Source: Betaproteobacteria bacterium
GTDB lineage: Bacteria > Pseudomonadota > Gammaproteobacteria > Burkholderiales > SHXO01
DNA length: 64,000 bases
Reading direction: 5' to 3'
NCBI GenBank assembly: GCA_025356655.1
Contig: JANXRW010000037.1
Span: forward strand, 17,175 to 81,174
Both the position numbers and the translations under genes were made by a program. The notes under the pieces are model-generated. The model was not told the DNA's origin. It worked only from the letters and a program-made list of their open reading frames with translations, and did no database searches. Of this stretch, positions 51,209-62,249 are shown one piece after another (the first letter of the stretch is position 1; the number at the start of each line of letters is the position of its first letter).

Positions 51209-53566
51209 TCAGTCTCGTAGCTTCGCACCAAAGGACTTTTCCAATTCTTGCAAGATCAAACCGCAGGCCGAATCGACCTCGGCATCGGTGAATGTTTTTT
51301 CAGTATCTTGCAATAACACCCGGAAAGCAAGACTTTTTCTGCCAGCCTCGACCCCGGGACCGCGATAGAGATCGAACAGTCCGATGGAGGCCATGTGAGG
51401 AATCCCGCAGGCCTCGATGTGCTCCACGATGGCACGCCAGGACACCGCCTCGGGGACGATCAGAGCCAAGTCGCGGCTCACGGACGGGAAGCGAGAAATC
51501 TCCCTGTGCGAGGGCAACCCGCGTTGCTGCAGCGCCTCAAGCGCGACTTCAAACAGGATGGGCGCCTTCGGCAATTCGTAGTGCTGTTGCCACCGCGGAT
51601 GCAGCTCCCCGATAACACCAAGCGCTTTGCCGTCGAGCAGAACCTGCGCGCTTCGTCCGGGGTGCAGCGCCGGGTGCGACACCCCCTCAAAGCGAAGCCT
51701 ACCGGCGGGCAACAGTGCCTCGAGATCGCCCTTCATATCAAAGAAGTCCACCAAGCGCTCCGGCCCACCCCACTGCAAGGGCGCTGCCGGCCCGTAGGCA
51801 AGAGCGGCGAGGCGTTCGGGCTGTTGGAACCCGTCGCCGTCGCGCAGAAAGCAGCAACCCAATTCGAACACGCGCACGCGCTCGCGCTGCCGGTTCAAGT
51901 TGGAGCGCAGAGTCTCGAGCAAGCCAGCCAGGAGGGAGGAGCGCATCACGCTCATCTGCGCGGCGATGGGGTTGGCCAGTTGCACTGGGTTGCCGTTGCC
52001 GTGCACCTCTCGCTCCCAGCCTTCGTCGATGAAGCTGTAGTTGATCACCTCCTGAAACTCGCGCGCCACCAGCGCATCGAGGGTGCGCGCACGGTCGCGC
52101 TGGCGCTCCGGGTCGGGCACCATGCCAGCCCCGGCTGCGGGTAGGGTCTCGGGGATGTTCTCATAGCCGTGCAGGCGGGCAATCTCCTCGACCAGGTCCT
52201 CCTCGCGCTCCATGTCGAAGCGGTAGGTTGGCGCTGTCGCTAGGAGCCTATCCCCCTGCACCTCCAAGCGGAACCCTAGGCGCCCGAGCATCTGAGCGGC
52301 CTCCTGCACGGGCACGGGGATGCCGAGCAGTCGCGCGGCGCGCGCCGTGTCGAGCGCGATTGGTGCGCGCACGGGTGCCGGCCCCTCGTCCTGGGTGACA
52401 GGGCCGGCCTCGCCACCGGCAATGGACTGGATCACCTCGGTGAGTCGGTCGAGTGCTCTCAGACTGAGCGCGAAATCTACGCCGCGCTCGAAGCGATGAC
52501 CCGCATCGGAATTGAATCCGAGTCGACGCATACGGCCGGCCACGGCCTGGGGACTGAAGTAGGCGCTCTCCAGAAAGACATCCGTAGTGCCCCCCGAGAC
52601 CCCGGAATGGAGCCCCCCCATGAGCCCCGCCAGAGCGATCGGCCCAGTCTCGTCGGTGATCACCAACAGATCCGACGTCAGCTCCAACTCCTGCCCGTTG
52701 AGCAACGTCAAGCGCTCGCCGTCGCGCGCGAAGCGCACGAGGATCCCACCGCGTAGCGCAGCGAGATCGAACGCATGCAGGGGCTGTCCGAGTTCCAGCA
52801 TGACGTAATTGGTGGCGTCCACCACGGGGTTGATCGCACGCACCGCGCTGCGCTCGAGCCGCCGAACCATCCAGGCAGGTGTGGGCCTACGCAGGTCCAC
52901 CCCGCGCAGGACGCGCCCGCGGTAGAAGGCGCAGGCCGCATGGTTTGCACTGCGCACCGGCACGGTGTCGCCGATACTGACCTCGATCCGCGGTTGGGGC
53001 ACAGCAAACGCCTCGACGCGCGTGATCGCCGCGAGTTCGCGCGCAATTCCAGCAAGGCTCAGGCAATCGCCACGGTTCGGGGTAAGCTTCAAGGTCAATA
53101 CCTGATCATCGAGTTCCAGGTGTTCTCTCAGGTCCACGCCGATCGGAGCATCCGCGGCTAACAGCAAAAGCCCCGAGGCATCGCTGCCGAAGCCAAGTTC
53201 GGTGGCAGAACAGAGCATCCCCTCGGAGCCGACGCCGCGCAGCTGTGCGGCAGCGATGGCCATTCCCGGAAGTTGCGCGCCCACCCGGGCGCAGGGCACG
53301 CGAATGCCAACGGCAGCGTTGGGCGCCCCACAAACAATCTGCAGCAGGCGCTCCTCGCCCACATCCACCTGGCAGACGTTGAGCCTGTCCGCCTTGGGGT
53401 GGCGTTCCAGGCTCCGCACCTCGCCCACGACCACGCCGGAGAAGACGCCCGCAGCGGGCTCGACGCCCTCGACCTCCAGGCCGGCCATGGTGAGCACATG
53501 CGCGAGCGCGGCAGAATCGAGGCTCACGGGCAACAGGCTGCGAAGCCATTGTTCGCTGAATTTCAT
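51209..53566 (-). CDS. pheT: Phenylalanine--tRNA ligase beta subunit
   Basis: A 785-aa ORF with MKFSEQWLR..., the tRNA-binding domain, and B3/4, B5 and FDX-ACB domains. Confidence 0.96.
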   Translation of the reverse strand: MKFSEQWLRSLLPVSLDSAALAHVLTMAGLEVEGVEPAAGVFSGVVVGEVRSLERHPKADRLNVCQVDVGEERLLQIVCGAPNAAVGIRVPCARVGAQLPGMAIAAAQLRGVGSEGMLCSATELGFGSDASGLLLLAADAPIGVDLREHLELDDQVLTLKLTPNRGDCLSLAGIARELAAITRVEAFAVPQPRIEVSIGDTVPVRSANHAACAFYRGRVLRGVDLRRPTPAWMVRRLERSAVRAINPVVDATNYVMLELGQPLHAFDLAALRGGILVRFARDGERLTLLNGQELELTSDLLVITDETGPIALAGLMGGLHSGVSGGTTDVFLESAYFSPQAVAGRMRRLGFNSDAGHRFERGVDFALSLRALDRLTEVIQSIAGGEAGPVTQDEGPAPVRAPIALDTARAARLLGIPVPVQEAAQMLGRLGFRLEVQGDRLLATAPTYRFDMEREEDLVEEIARLHGYENIPETLPAAGAGMVPDPERQRDRARTLDALVAREFQEVINYSFIDEGWEREVHGNGNPVQLANPIAAQMSVMRSSLLAGLLETLRSNLNRQRERVRVFELGCCFLRDGDGFQQPERLAALAYGPAAPLQWGGPERLVDFFDMKGDLEALLPAGRLRFEGVSHPALHPGRSAQVLLDGKALGVIGELHPRWQQHYELPKAPILFEVALEALQQRGLPSHREISRFPSVSRDLALIVPEAVSWRAIVEHIEACGIPHMASIGLFDLYRGPGVEAGRKSLAFRVLLQDTEKTFTDAEVDSACGLILQELEKSFGAKLRD

Positions 53567-53584
53567 TGGGGTGTCGCCCTTGCT

Positions 53585-54574
<990 letters not shown>

Positions 54575-54581
54575 TCAACCC

Positions 54582-54610
54582 AAAAAAAGAGGAGGCCGGC
54601 GGGCCTCCTC
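54582..54610 (-). terminator. Rho-independent terminator between rplT and pheS
   Basis: The minus sense reads GAGGAGGCC-CGCC-GGCCTCCTC followed by U7 (plus-strand A7 at 54582-54588). It ends only about 10 nt before the pheS ATG. Confidence 0.8.
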
Positions 54611-54654
54611 CGTGAGGACGGTGTTCGTGCGCTGCCTCGCCGCCGCCCTGGACG

Positions 54655-55014
54655 TCAGACTCCCAGGGTCGCCTTGGCCGTTTCTACGATGCGCGCAAAG
54701 GCCGGCTTGTCGAAGACGGCCATATCCGCCAAAACCTTGCGGTCTAGGCTGATCTGCGCTTTTTTCAGGCCGTTCATGAACGCACTGTAGGACATTCCAG
54801 CGGCACGGGCGCCGGCGTTGATCCGCACGATCCACAGCGACCGAAAATCCCGCTTACGCGTACGGCGGTCGCGGTAGGCGTATTGACCCGCCTTCATCAC
54901 GGCTTCCGTAGCGATACGGTAGACGTTACCCCGGCGGCCGCGGAAACCCTTCGACTGGTCGAGGACTTTCTTGTGGCGCGCGCGCGCCGTTACTCCACGC
55001 TTGACTCTTGGCAT
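54655..55014 (-). CDS. rplT: 50S ribosomal protein L20
   Basis: It starts [33 protein letters not shown]... Confidence 0.97.
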   Translation of the reverse strand: MPRVKRGVTARARHKKVLDQSKGFRGRRGNVYRIATEAVMKAGQYAYRDRRTRKRDFRSLWIVRINAGARAAGMSYSAFMNGLKKAQISLDRKVLADMAVFDKPAFARIVETAKATLGV

Positions 55015-55040
55015 CGATGTTCTCCCGAATTAGCGGCGGT

Positions 55041-55238
55041 TCAGCTGTAGGGCAACATGGCTCGCACGGAGCGCACGTTGGTGGCATCGACACCGGTCAT
55101 GCCGCGCATGTGACGCTTGCGCTTGGTGGTCTTCTTGGTCAGGATGTGGCGCAGGAACGCCTTCGTGCGCTTGATCCCGCCGCTTCCCTGGATACGGAAC
55201 CGCTTGGCGGCCCCGCTCTTGGTCTTCATCTTCGGCAT
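55041..55238 (-). CDS. rpmI: 50S ribosomal protein L35
   Basis: ATG 55238 within ORF 55041..55313. It starts [46 protein letters not shown]... Confidence 0.95.
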   Translation of the reverse strand: MPKMKTKSGAAKRFRIQGSGGIKRTKAFLRHILTKKTTKRKRHMRGMTGVDATNVRSVRAMLPYS

Positions 55239-55478
55239 TGCCGGTACTCCCTTGCACTTTGCATGACGCCAGGTGGCCCACGACGCGGGCCTTTGCAGGA
55301 ACCTGGACACCACTTCTTTTGGGTACTTCTTTCACTGCCCCTGCCTAGCGCTGCCAAAGCCTTCCCAATCGGAGGGAACCCATTGCGGCGCCAGTCGAAC
55401 GGCCTGCCCCGCCAGAGGCGAGACCGACAAAATAACAGGCCCGGGCGATGTCACCCCGGCAATCCCCTGCGCTCCCAC

Positions 55479-56006
55479 CTAGTGTGGCGGCTTCTTCTTG
55501 GGCGACAGGACCATGATCATCTGGCGGCCTTCGAGCTTGGGCATCTGCTCGACAACACCCACCAGCATCAATTCGTTGCGCACCCGTTCGAGCAGACGCA
55601 GTCCAAACTCCTGGTGCACCATCTCCCGCCCCTTGAACCGCATGGTGACCTTCGCCTTGTCTCCCTCTTCGAGGAAGCGGGTCAGGTTACGCATCTTGAT
55701 GAGGTAGTCGCCTTCGTCAGTGCCAGGCCGGAATTTGACTTCCTTGACCTGAATCTGCTTCTGTTTGAGCTTGGCCTCATGGCGCCGCTTGCTCTCTTGG
55801 TACTTGAACTTCCCGTAGTCCATGAGGCGACAGACCGGGGGTACGGCCGTGGGCGCGATCTCTACTAGATCCACCTCAGCCTCCTCGGCCATCCGCGTGG
55901 CTTCCGCAAGGCTAACGATACCGATCTGCTCCCCCTCGACTCCAATAAGACGGAGTTCCGAGTGAGTGATCTCGTCGTTGATGCGAGCGTCCCGTTCCTG
56001 AGCGAT
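55479..56006 (-). CDS. infC: Translation initiation factor IF-3, non-canonical AUC start
   Basis: The conserved N-terminal domain ([50 protein letters not shown]) lies upstream of the first ATG (55892). The frame opens 3 nt after the in-frame thrS TGA. The only plausible initiator is ATC at 56006-56004, 8 nt after GAGG. Confidence 0.85.
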   Translation of the reverse strand: MAQERDARINDEITHSELRLIGVEGEQIGIVSLAEATRMAEEAEVDLVEIAPTAVPPVCRLMDYGKFKYQESKRRHEAKLKQKQIQVKEVKFRPGTDEGDYLIKMRNLTRFLEEGDKAKVTMRFKGREMVHQEFGLRLLERVRNELMLVGVVEQMPKLEGRQMIMVLSPKKKPPH

Positions 56007-56009
56007 AGG

Positions 56010-57944
56010 TCACACCTCTCTGTGGTCATGCCCGAGAGCTTCGGGCGAGCGGGCTTCAGAAAGCAGACGGGCGGAGAAGGCATCCAGGGCCATCTGACCC
56101 AGGTCCTCCCCGCCACGAACCCGCACTGCCACGGCGCCGTCGGCGACCTCGCGGTCGCCCACCACCAGCAGATAGGGTACCTTCTGAAGACTATGTTCTC
56201 GTATTTTATAGGTTATTTTCTCATTTCTCAAGTCCGCCTGAACGCGCATGCCGCGCGCACGCAAATCAGCCGCCACCTGCTCCGTATAGGCTCGCTGTGC
56301 CTCCGAGATATTCAGCACGACCGCCTGCATCGGAGCGAGCCAAACGGGGAAAGCTCCCGCGTAGTGCTCGATGAGGATGCCGATGAATCGCTCCAACGAA
56401 CCCAGGATGGCACGGTGTAGCATCACGGGCACCCGGCGCGTGTTCTCGTCGGCCACGTAACTTGCGTCCAAACGCCCCGGCATGGAGAAATCGAGTTGCA
56501 GCGTCCCGCACTGCCACATGCGCCCGAGACTGTCCTTAAGGGAAAACTCGATCTTCGGCCCGTAGAAGGCTCCCTCCCCCGGCTGCAGCGCCCAAGCCAG
56601 CCCCAGCTCGTCCAGGGCCTCCTTGAGGGAGTTCTCGGCGTTATCCCATTGGTCATCGCTACCCACGCGCTTGACCGGGCGAGTGGAGAGCTTGATTAGG
56701 AGATCGCTGAAGCCGAAATCGGCATAGACCCGTCGCAGCAGTCCGACAAAAGCCACGACCTCCGCGCGGACTTGCGCCTCCGTACAGAAAATGTGCGCGT
56801 CGTCTTGTGTGAAGCCACGCACCCGCATGATCCCGTGCAGGGCGCCAGAGGGCTCGTTGCGGTGGCAGGAACCAAACTCAGCCAAGCGCAATGGCAGTTC
56901 GCGGTAGCTGCGAACGCCTTGGTTGAAGATCTGCACGTGCCCGGGGCAGTTCATGGGCTTGACGGCGAAGTCGCGGGACTCCGACTCCGTCGTAAACATA
57001 TTCTCGCGGAAGTTTTCCCAGTGCCCAGACCGCTCCCACAGGCCACGGTCAAGGACCTGGGGCGTGCGGACTTCCCGGTAGCCCTCGCGCGTGAGCACAC
57101 GCCGCAGGTATTGCTCGATTTGCTGCCAGATCGTCCAGCCGTTCGGGTGCCAGAACACCATACCCGGCGCCTCGTCCTGGAGATGAAACAGATCCAACTG
57201 CCGGCCTAGGCGGCGGTGGTCGCGACGCTCGGCCTCTTCGATGCGAAGCAGGTACTGCTCCAGATCCTCCTTGCGCACGAAGGCGGTGCCGTAGACACGC
57301 TGGAGCATCTCGTTATGCGAATCGCCCCGCCAGTAAGCGCCGGCGAGCTTGGTGAGCTTGAATACCTTGAGCCGCCCCGTGCTGGGCACGTGCGGCCCGC
57401 GACACAGGTCGGTGAAATTCCCCTGGCGGTAGATCGACAGGTCTTCTTCGGAGGGGATGGACGCAATGATCTGCGCCTTGTAGTGCTCCCCCTGGGCTTC
57501 GAAGAAGCCGCGCGCCTCTTCCCGGCTCCACACCATCCGCTCGACTGCGAGGTCGCGCGTGACGATCTCACGCATGCGCGCCTCGATAGCCGCCAAATCA
57601 TCGGGCGTGAAGGGGCGCTCGAAGGCAAAGTCGTAGAAAAACCCTTCCTCGATCACCGGGCCGATGGTCACCTGAGCCGCCGGGAACAACTCTTTCACCG
57701 CGTGGGCCAGCAGGTGCGCCGTGGAGTGGCGCAACAGATCCAGCGCCTCCGGATCCTTCTCCGTGATGATTCGCACAAGGGCATCGCGATCGACCACAAA
57801 TCCGAGGTCCACTTGCCGCCCATCCACTGCGCCGCCGAGTGCGTTGCGTGCGAGCGAAGGGGAGATGGCGGCGGCGATGTCGCGAACGCTGAGGGGGGCG
57901 ACAAATTCCCTCTGCGCCCCGTCGGGCAGTTGTATGAGCGGCAT
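56010..57944 (-). CDS. thrS: Threonine--tRNA ligase
   Basis: A 644-aa ORF with TGS, the editing domain ([11 protein letters not shown]), the class II core and an anticodon-binding domain. Confidence 0.97.
   Translation of the reverse strand: MPLIQLPDGAQREFVAPLSVRDIAAAISPSLARNALGGAVDGRQVDLGFVVDRDALVRIITEKDPEALDLLRHSTAHLLAHAVKELFPAAQVTIGPVIEEGFFYDFAFERPFTPDDLAAIEARMREIVTRDLAVERMVWSREEARGFFEAQGEHYKAQIIASIPSEEDLSIYRQGNFTDLCRGPHVPSTGRLKVFKLTKLAGAYWRGDSHNEMLQRVYGTAFVRKEDLEQYLLRIEEAERRDHRRLGRQLDLFHLQDEAPGMVFWHPNGWTIWQQIEQYLRRVLTREGYREVRTPQVLDRGLWERSGHWENFRENMFTTESESRDFAVKPMNCPGHVQIFNQGVRSYRELPLRLAEFGSCHRNEPSGALHGIMRVRGFTQDDAHIFCTEAQVRAEVVAFVGLLRRVYADFGFSDLLIKLSTRPVKRVGSDDQWDNAENSLKEALDELGLAWALQPGEGAFYGPKIEFSLKDSLGRMWQCGTLQLDFSMPGRLDASYVADENTRRVPVMLHRAILGSLERFIGILIEHYAGAFPVWLAPMQAVVLNISEAQRAYTEQVAADLRARGMRVQADLRNEKITYKIREHSLQKVPYLLVVGDREVADGAVAVRVRGGEDLGQMALDAFSARLLSEARSPEALGHDHREV
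56203..56231 (-). promoter_or_regulatory. Sigma-70 promoter embedded in the thrS coding sequence, candidate infC promoter (TTGAGA-N17-TAAAAT)
   Basis: The minus sense reads TTGAGA (56231-56226), a 17-nt spacer, then TAAAAT (56208-56203). It sits inside a roughly 70-nt AT-rich island encoded with rare A/T-ending codons (AGA, AAT, ATA x2, CGA, AGT, CTT, GTA). It lies about 200 nt upstream of the infC start. Confidence 0.6.
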
Positions 57945-58024
57945 AAGGCTTGGGCTTTTGAAAGTGGCGGCGCCGCGATCGGGCCGGGGCGCAGGCCCCC
58001 AGGGCCCTCGTCCGCCGATGCGGC

Positions 58025-58054
58025 ACGGGTGGCTGGGCGGTACGGGTGGCTGGG
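58025..58054. repeat. Direct 13-nt repeat ACGGGTGGCTGGG x2 (period 17) in the thrS upstream region
   Basis: The copies are at 58025-58037 and 58042-58054. They lie 80-110 nt upstream of the thrS ATG on the opposite sense (CCCAGCCACCCGU x2 in the thrS leader sense). Confidence 0.7.
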
Positions 58055-58271
58055 TGGCGTTGAATCACGGTCGCTGCGGCGGGACCAAGAGTATGCCATA
58101 GGCGGCCGGAACGCGCCAAGAACGCCCCGATCGAACACTAGCGACGTGAAAGGACGCTGGCGTCGCGCCCCCCCCAGCGGGCACCCATATCCAAATTCTG
58201 CTCAACTGAACGCCTGGGGCCGCCGTTAACCAGTGGTCACTCCAATTCTCTCGAGCGGGCTCATCGGATCC

Positions 58272-59177
58272 ATGTCGCAACTGCCGTCGGGCACGGCCCA
58301 TATTCTCGCAGTCGATGACGAACCCCTCAATCTGGTCGTGTTGAGGGAGATCCTGAGTCTCCATCCCTACCGGGTGACCACGGCGAGCAACGGCACCGAA
58401 GCTTGGCGCCTGCTGTGCGAGAGGGCGGCCGACTTCGACCTCATCCTGCTCGACCGGATGATGCCCGACATGGACCGCATCGAAGTGCTTCGCCGGCTGA
58501 GGGCGACCCGCCCGGAACATCAGTGTCCCGTCATCATGCAAACGGCCCTGGCGACCGACGCGGATGTCGCGGAAGGCCTGCGCGCCGGAGCTTATTACTA
58601 CCTCACCAAGCCCTTCGCCGCAACCACCCTGCTCGCGGTGGTCAACGCCGCCCTGACCGATCTGCGTCTGCGTCAGTCCCTCCTGGCCCGCGTCCAGACC
58701 ACGGAGCGCACCTTGGCCTGCCTAACGCAGGCGCGTTTCTCCTTCCGCACGCAAGAGGAAGCCCGCGGCGTGGCAACTCTGGTGGCCACCGCGGTGCCCA
58801 ACCCTCAGCGCGTTGTGTTGGGACTGACCGAACTCATGTTCAACGCCATCGAGCACGGCAACCTGGAGTTGAGCTACCGAGACAAAACGCAGCTGATCGA
58901 CGCCGGGCGACTCTCCGAGGAACTCGAGCTGCGCCTAGCCGACCCAGTGCTCGGCGCTCGCCAAGCGACGGTGGAGTTCGATCGAAAGCCTGGGGAGGGA
59001 CGCTTCCGCGTCACTGACCAAGGAAATGGCTTCAACTGGGAAAGGTACCTGGACTTTTCCTCGGAACGGGCCTTCCACACGCATGGGCGCGGCATCGCGA
59101 TGACGCGCGCCTTCAGTTTCGACGAACTCCAGTACCAGGGCTGCGGCAACTCCGTGGTGGCCATTGCGCGCACCTGA
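58272..59177 (+). CDS. Receiver domain fused to a GHKL/HATPase (RsbW/SpoIIAB-like) domain without a DHp domain
   Basis: ATG 58272 within ORF 58233..59177.
- REC: ILAVDDEPLNLVV...LILLDRMMPDMDRIEV...YYLTKPF.
- C-terminal N-box ELMFNAIEHGN, G1 DQGNGF, G2 GRGIAM.
- No H-box is visible. Confidence 0.75.
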   Translation: MSQLPSGTAHILAVDDEPLNLVVLREILSLHPYRVTTASNGTEAWRLLCERAADFDLILLDRMMPDMDRIEVLRRLRATRPEHQCPVIMQTALATDADVAEGLRAGAYYYLTKPFAATTLLAVVNAALTDLRLRQSLLARVQTTERTLACLTQARFSFRTQEEARGVATLVATAVPNPQRVVLGLTELMFNAIEHGNLELSYRDKTQLIDAGRLSEELELRLADPVLGARQATVEFDRKPGEGRFRVTDQGNGFNWERYLDFSSERAFHTHGRGIAMTRAFSFDELQYQGCGNSVVAIART

Positions 59178-59255
59178 GGGGCCGAGCCCGCGCGCGTAGC
59201 ACCGATCGCAGAATGTTACGTCAGCGGCCGACGCGAGTCCCACCGCCCGGGTTTG

Positions 59256-61090
59256 TCATCGGTCGACCGGCTCTCGCAACTGCGCTATGCACGAAGCCAA
59301 ATCCGCCTAGGCCGGCCGATCGGGAGCGTAGCGCCGACCCATGTGCGCCACGATAGCGCCGATCTGTTGGCCGTCCAAGGCGTCACGGAGTGCAGGCATG
59401 AATCCCACGGAACGCTTGGCGGGGATCCCGCACCCCGTCGAGGATAGTGCGAATCAGAGGGTCGAGGCGATCACTGTGCAGTTTGCTGCAGAGCACCAAG
59501 GCAACGCCGCTGCCCAACAGCGCCGGGCCATCGCCATCGTGTTGACAGGCACCGCAGGCGCCCTGGAACAGTCGTACATCGGCGCCCGGAAGCACACGGG
59601 AGACCGCCTTCCCCCTGCGCTCGGCAGCGGGGGTCGGCTTGGAAGGAGGCGAGGTAGACAGCCATGGTGCGCAGGTCGGCGTCAAGCAAGGAGGCGAGGT
59701 CTCGCACCACGTCAGCCATAGGCCCTCCCGCGCTGCCGTGTGCCGGTGAGACGCCGTAGCGAAGGTAGTGGTAGAACGAATCGGCGGTCCAGGGCACCGG
59801 GCTGCGGGCGCGGGCAGTCCGCGCTGGTGACGCTCATCCATCGACCCGGGCGCCGGCCAAATGCGGCGGCCCACGCCGCTGACACCAGGGCATTGCGTGG
59901 CGTGTGGCAGGCCCCGCAATGGCCGACAAGCCGGTGAGCAGGGCCAAGTCAGCGCGAAGCGCGTGCGGGTTCTGGGTGCCCGCCCAGACGATGAGGCGCC
60001 CGCCCTCCCAGTGCGCCACCCGCAGGAAGGCCCGATAGGAGCGTGCAACTGCTAGGGCCACACGTAGGTTCGATGCATCGACTGCGCCGCCAGCGCGATC
60101 GCCGCGTCCGCATCGCCGTCGTCGACGAGTCGGCGCGAAGTCGCCGGGTTGGTCCGCAGCGCGTTCTCCAGATCGTCGGTGCCAAGTAGACCGGGGAAGG
60201 GCTTCCAACGCACCGCCAGGGCACGCATGGCCTACTCGGCCTGGTCCTCCTGCTCGGCAACAATGCCGACAAAATCCCGGATAATCACGATCGCCCGCAC
60301 ACCGCGCACGTGATGTACCGACGCCTCGTCGACGGCCTCGAGCGTATTGCCGATGAATTCGCCATGATCGGCGCCGGTGTAGGGCGGCCGCACCACACGC
60401 CCATGGAGCATGCCCGGCAGGCGCATGTCGTGCACGTAGACCACGCCGCCCGCCACCTTGTCCGGGATAGCGACCCTTGGCAGCGATCGGCCCACGATCC
60501 GGTGTGCTGCAGCCGGTTTCAACCGCGCCAGCGGGTCGAGGATTAGTTCCGCGCGGGCGTCGCCCACCCACTCGCCGTAGCCGCACGCGCGTGGCGTCCC
60601 CCGCCACGGCGACCCCCGCCGTCACTCGTGCACAGCACCGCCGCGGGCACTCCGAGCCGCATCTGTGCCTGCCCGAGCAGCCAAGCACGCGCCGATGATG
60701 CGGCCGCGCGCAGCGCGCCGGCGTGGACCTGGATCGATGCGCTGGCGATGGTCGTGCCCTAGTTTGGGCGCGCAAGCGGTATCGCCCAGCACCAGGTGCA
60801 CCTCGCCAAAGGCCACATCCAATTCCTCAGCGACAACCTGAGCCAGGGCCGTGCGCAGGCCGGTGCCGAAGTCCACGTGACCGCTCAAGCCCGTAACGCT
60901 TCCGTCGCTCCACACTGCCGGCAAGACCACGACACGCTCGGCCGGATCACCCGCGACCATTGGGGGCTGCCCCGGAAGCTCGGGCAACTGGGGCGGCGGA
61001 TCGCGCACCACCAGCAAGACGCCGGCCGCCTCACGAAAATCGGCGCGGCTGCGTACACTCTGTGCGCGGCGCGTCACCGGCCCGGGCTGG
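59256..61090 (-). pseudogene. Remnants of an IorB-like molybdopterin subunit and a cytochrome c subunit of a membrane aldehyde/isoquinoline oxidoreductase
   Basis: Fragments sit in several minus frames:
- ...GHVDFGTGLRTALAQVVAEELDVAFGEVHLVLGDTACAP...;
- DPLARLKPAAAHRIVGRSLPRVAIPDKVAGGVVYVHDMRLPGMLHGRVVRPPY...DFVGIVAEQEDQA;
- ...HWEGGRLIVWAGTQNPHALRADLALLTGL;
- a cytochrome part LFQGACGACQHDGDG...LIRTILDGV and GFMPALRDALDGQQIGAIVAHMGRRYAP.
There are in-frame stops and large deletions. Confidence 0.65.
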
Positions 61091-61500
61091 CTTGCATGGC
61101 TTGGGCGGCCAGCCGTAGCGCGCGCAGGATTTCCACGTGCGCGCCGCACCGGCATAGGTTGCCCGCCAGGGCGTCAGCGATGCGCCCGTGGCTCGGCGCC
61201 GCCTGGGCGTCGATGAAGGCCTGCTGGACGGGGTGCCAGCGACCCGGGCCACCGAGGCCTTCGAGCGTCAGGATCTCGCACCCGGCCAGCGCCTTCGCGG
61301 GAATCACACCAGCCCGACCCGGCTGGCCGTCGATGAGCACGTTGCAGGCCCCGCACTGCCCCCGGCCACAGCCATACTTGGCACCGCTCAGACCGAGGTC
61401 GTTGCGCAGCAACCTGCAGTAGAGTCGCCCGCGGCGCGGCCAGCAGGCGATGCTGTTGGCCGTTGACGCAGAGTTTCAACGTCGGATCGGACACGCTCAA
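61074..61500 (-). pseudogene. IorA-like (2Fe-2S) small subunit, frameshifted and internally deleted
   Basis: The N-terminus SDPTLKLCVNGQQHRLL is in one frame. LRNDLGLSGAKYGCGRGQCGACNVLIDGQP...GNLCRCGAHVEI is in another. The second cluster motif (QCGxC) is missing. Confidence 0.7.
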
Positions 61501-62249
61501 CCCAAGAGATCTGCGCTCTGCACCCGATGCACCCCCTTGGACGACATCTGCTTCCAGGCCTTGGCTAGAGAACCGTTGAGATCGATGCCGCGCGTGGCGT
61601 CCTCGATCACATAGACCTCAAATCCCGCCTTACGCGCATCCATTGCCGTCCAGGCGACACAGAAGTCCGTGGCTAACCCGGTGATATAGACCGTTCGGAT
61701 GTGGCGCTGTTTCAAGTAGCCCGCCAAACCCGTAGGCGTCTTACGGTCAGCCTCCTCGAAGGCGCTGTAGCTGTCGACACCCGGGTTGTATCCCTTGCGA
61801 ATGATCACCTGGGCACGTGGCAGATTCAGGTCCTTGTGCAAGGCCGCGTCCTCGGTCCCCTGGATGCAATGGTCAGGCCACAGCACCTGTGTGCCATAGG
61901 AGAGTTGCGTCGTCTCGAAGGGCTTCTTACCGCTGTAGGCACTGGCGAAGGACGCATGGCTCGGTGTGTGCCAATCCTGCGTAATCACGATGTTCTGGAA
62001 CACCTCGGCTACCTTGTTGATCACCGGGACGACTTGATCGCCTTCCTTCACCGGCAGGGTACCGCCGGGGACAAAGCAATTTTGCACATCGACGACGATC
62101 AGCGCGGAGCGCGCGTCGAGCTTCAGCTTGAAGGCGGCGAAGGCCGGCAGGGCCGCGCCCAGGGCGGCGACGGAGCAGGTTTGCAGGAAAGTGCGGCGTG
62201 CGTGGCTGGTCATGGCGGGTTCCCTTGCTGGTGGTGGTAGTCGATGCAT
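61497..62249 (-). CDS. pncA: Nicotinamidase/pyrazinamidase (isochorismatase family) with a twin-arginine signal peptide
   Basis: It has the Tat motif HARRTFLQ followed by ...PAFA. The catalytic signature includes ALIVVDVQNCF, WPDHC and the TGLATDFCV cysteine. TGATG coupling to the upstream ABC gene occurs at 62249; an alternative start is ATG 62213. Confidence 0.8.
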   Translation of the reverse strand: MHRLPPPAREPAMTSHARRTFLQTCSVAALGAALPAFAAFKLKLDARSALIVVDVQNCFVPGGTLPVKEGDQVVPVINKVAEVFQNIVITQDWHTPSHASFASAYSGKKPFETTQLSYGTQVLWPDHCIQGTEDAALHKDLNLPRAQVIIRKGYNPGVDSYSAFEEADRKTPTGLAGYLKQRHIRTVYITGLATDFCVAWTAMDARKAGFEVYVIEDATRGIDLNGSLAKAWKQMSSKGVHRVQSADLLG

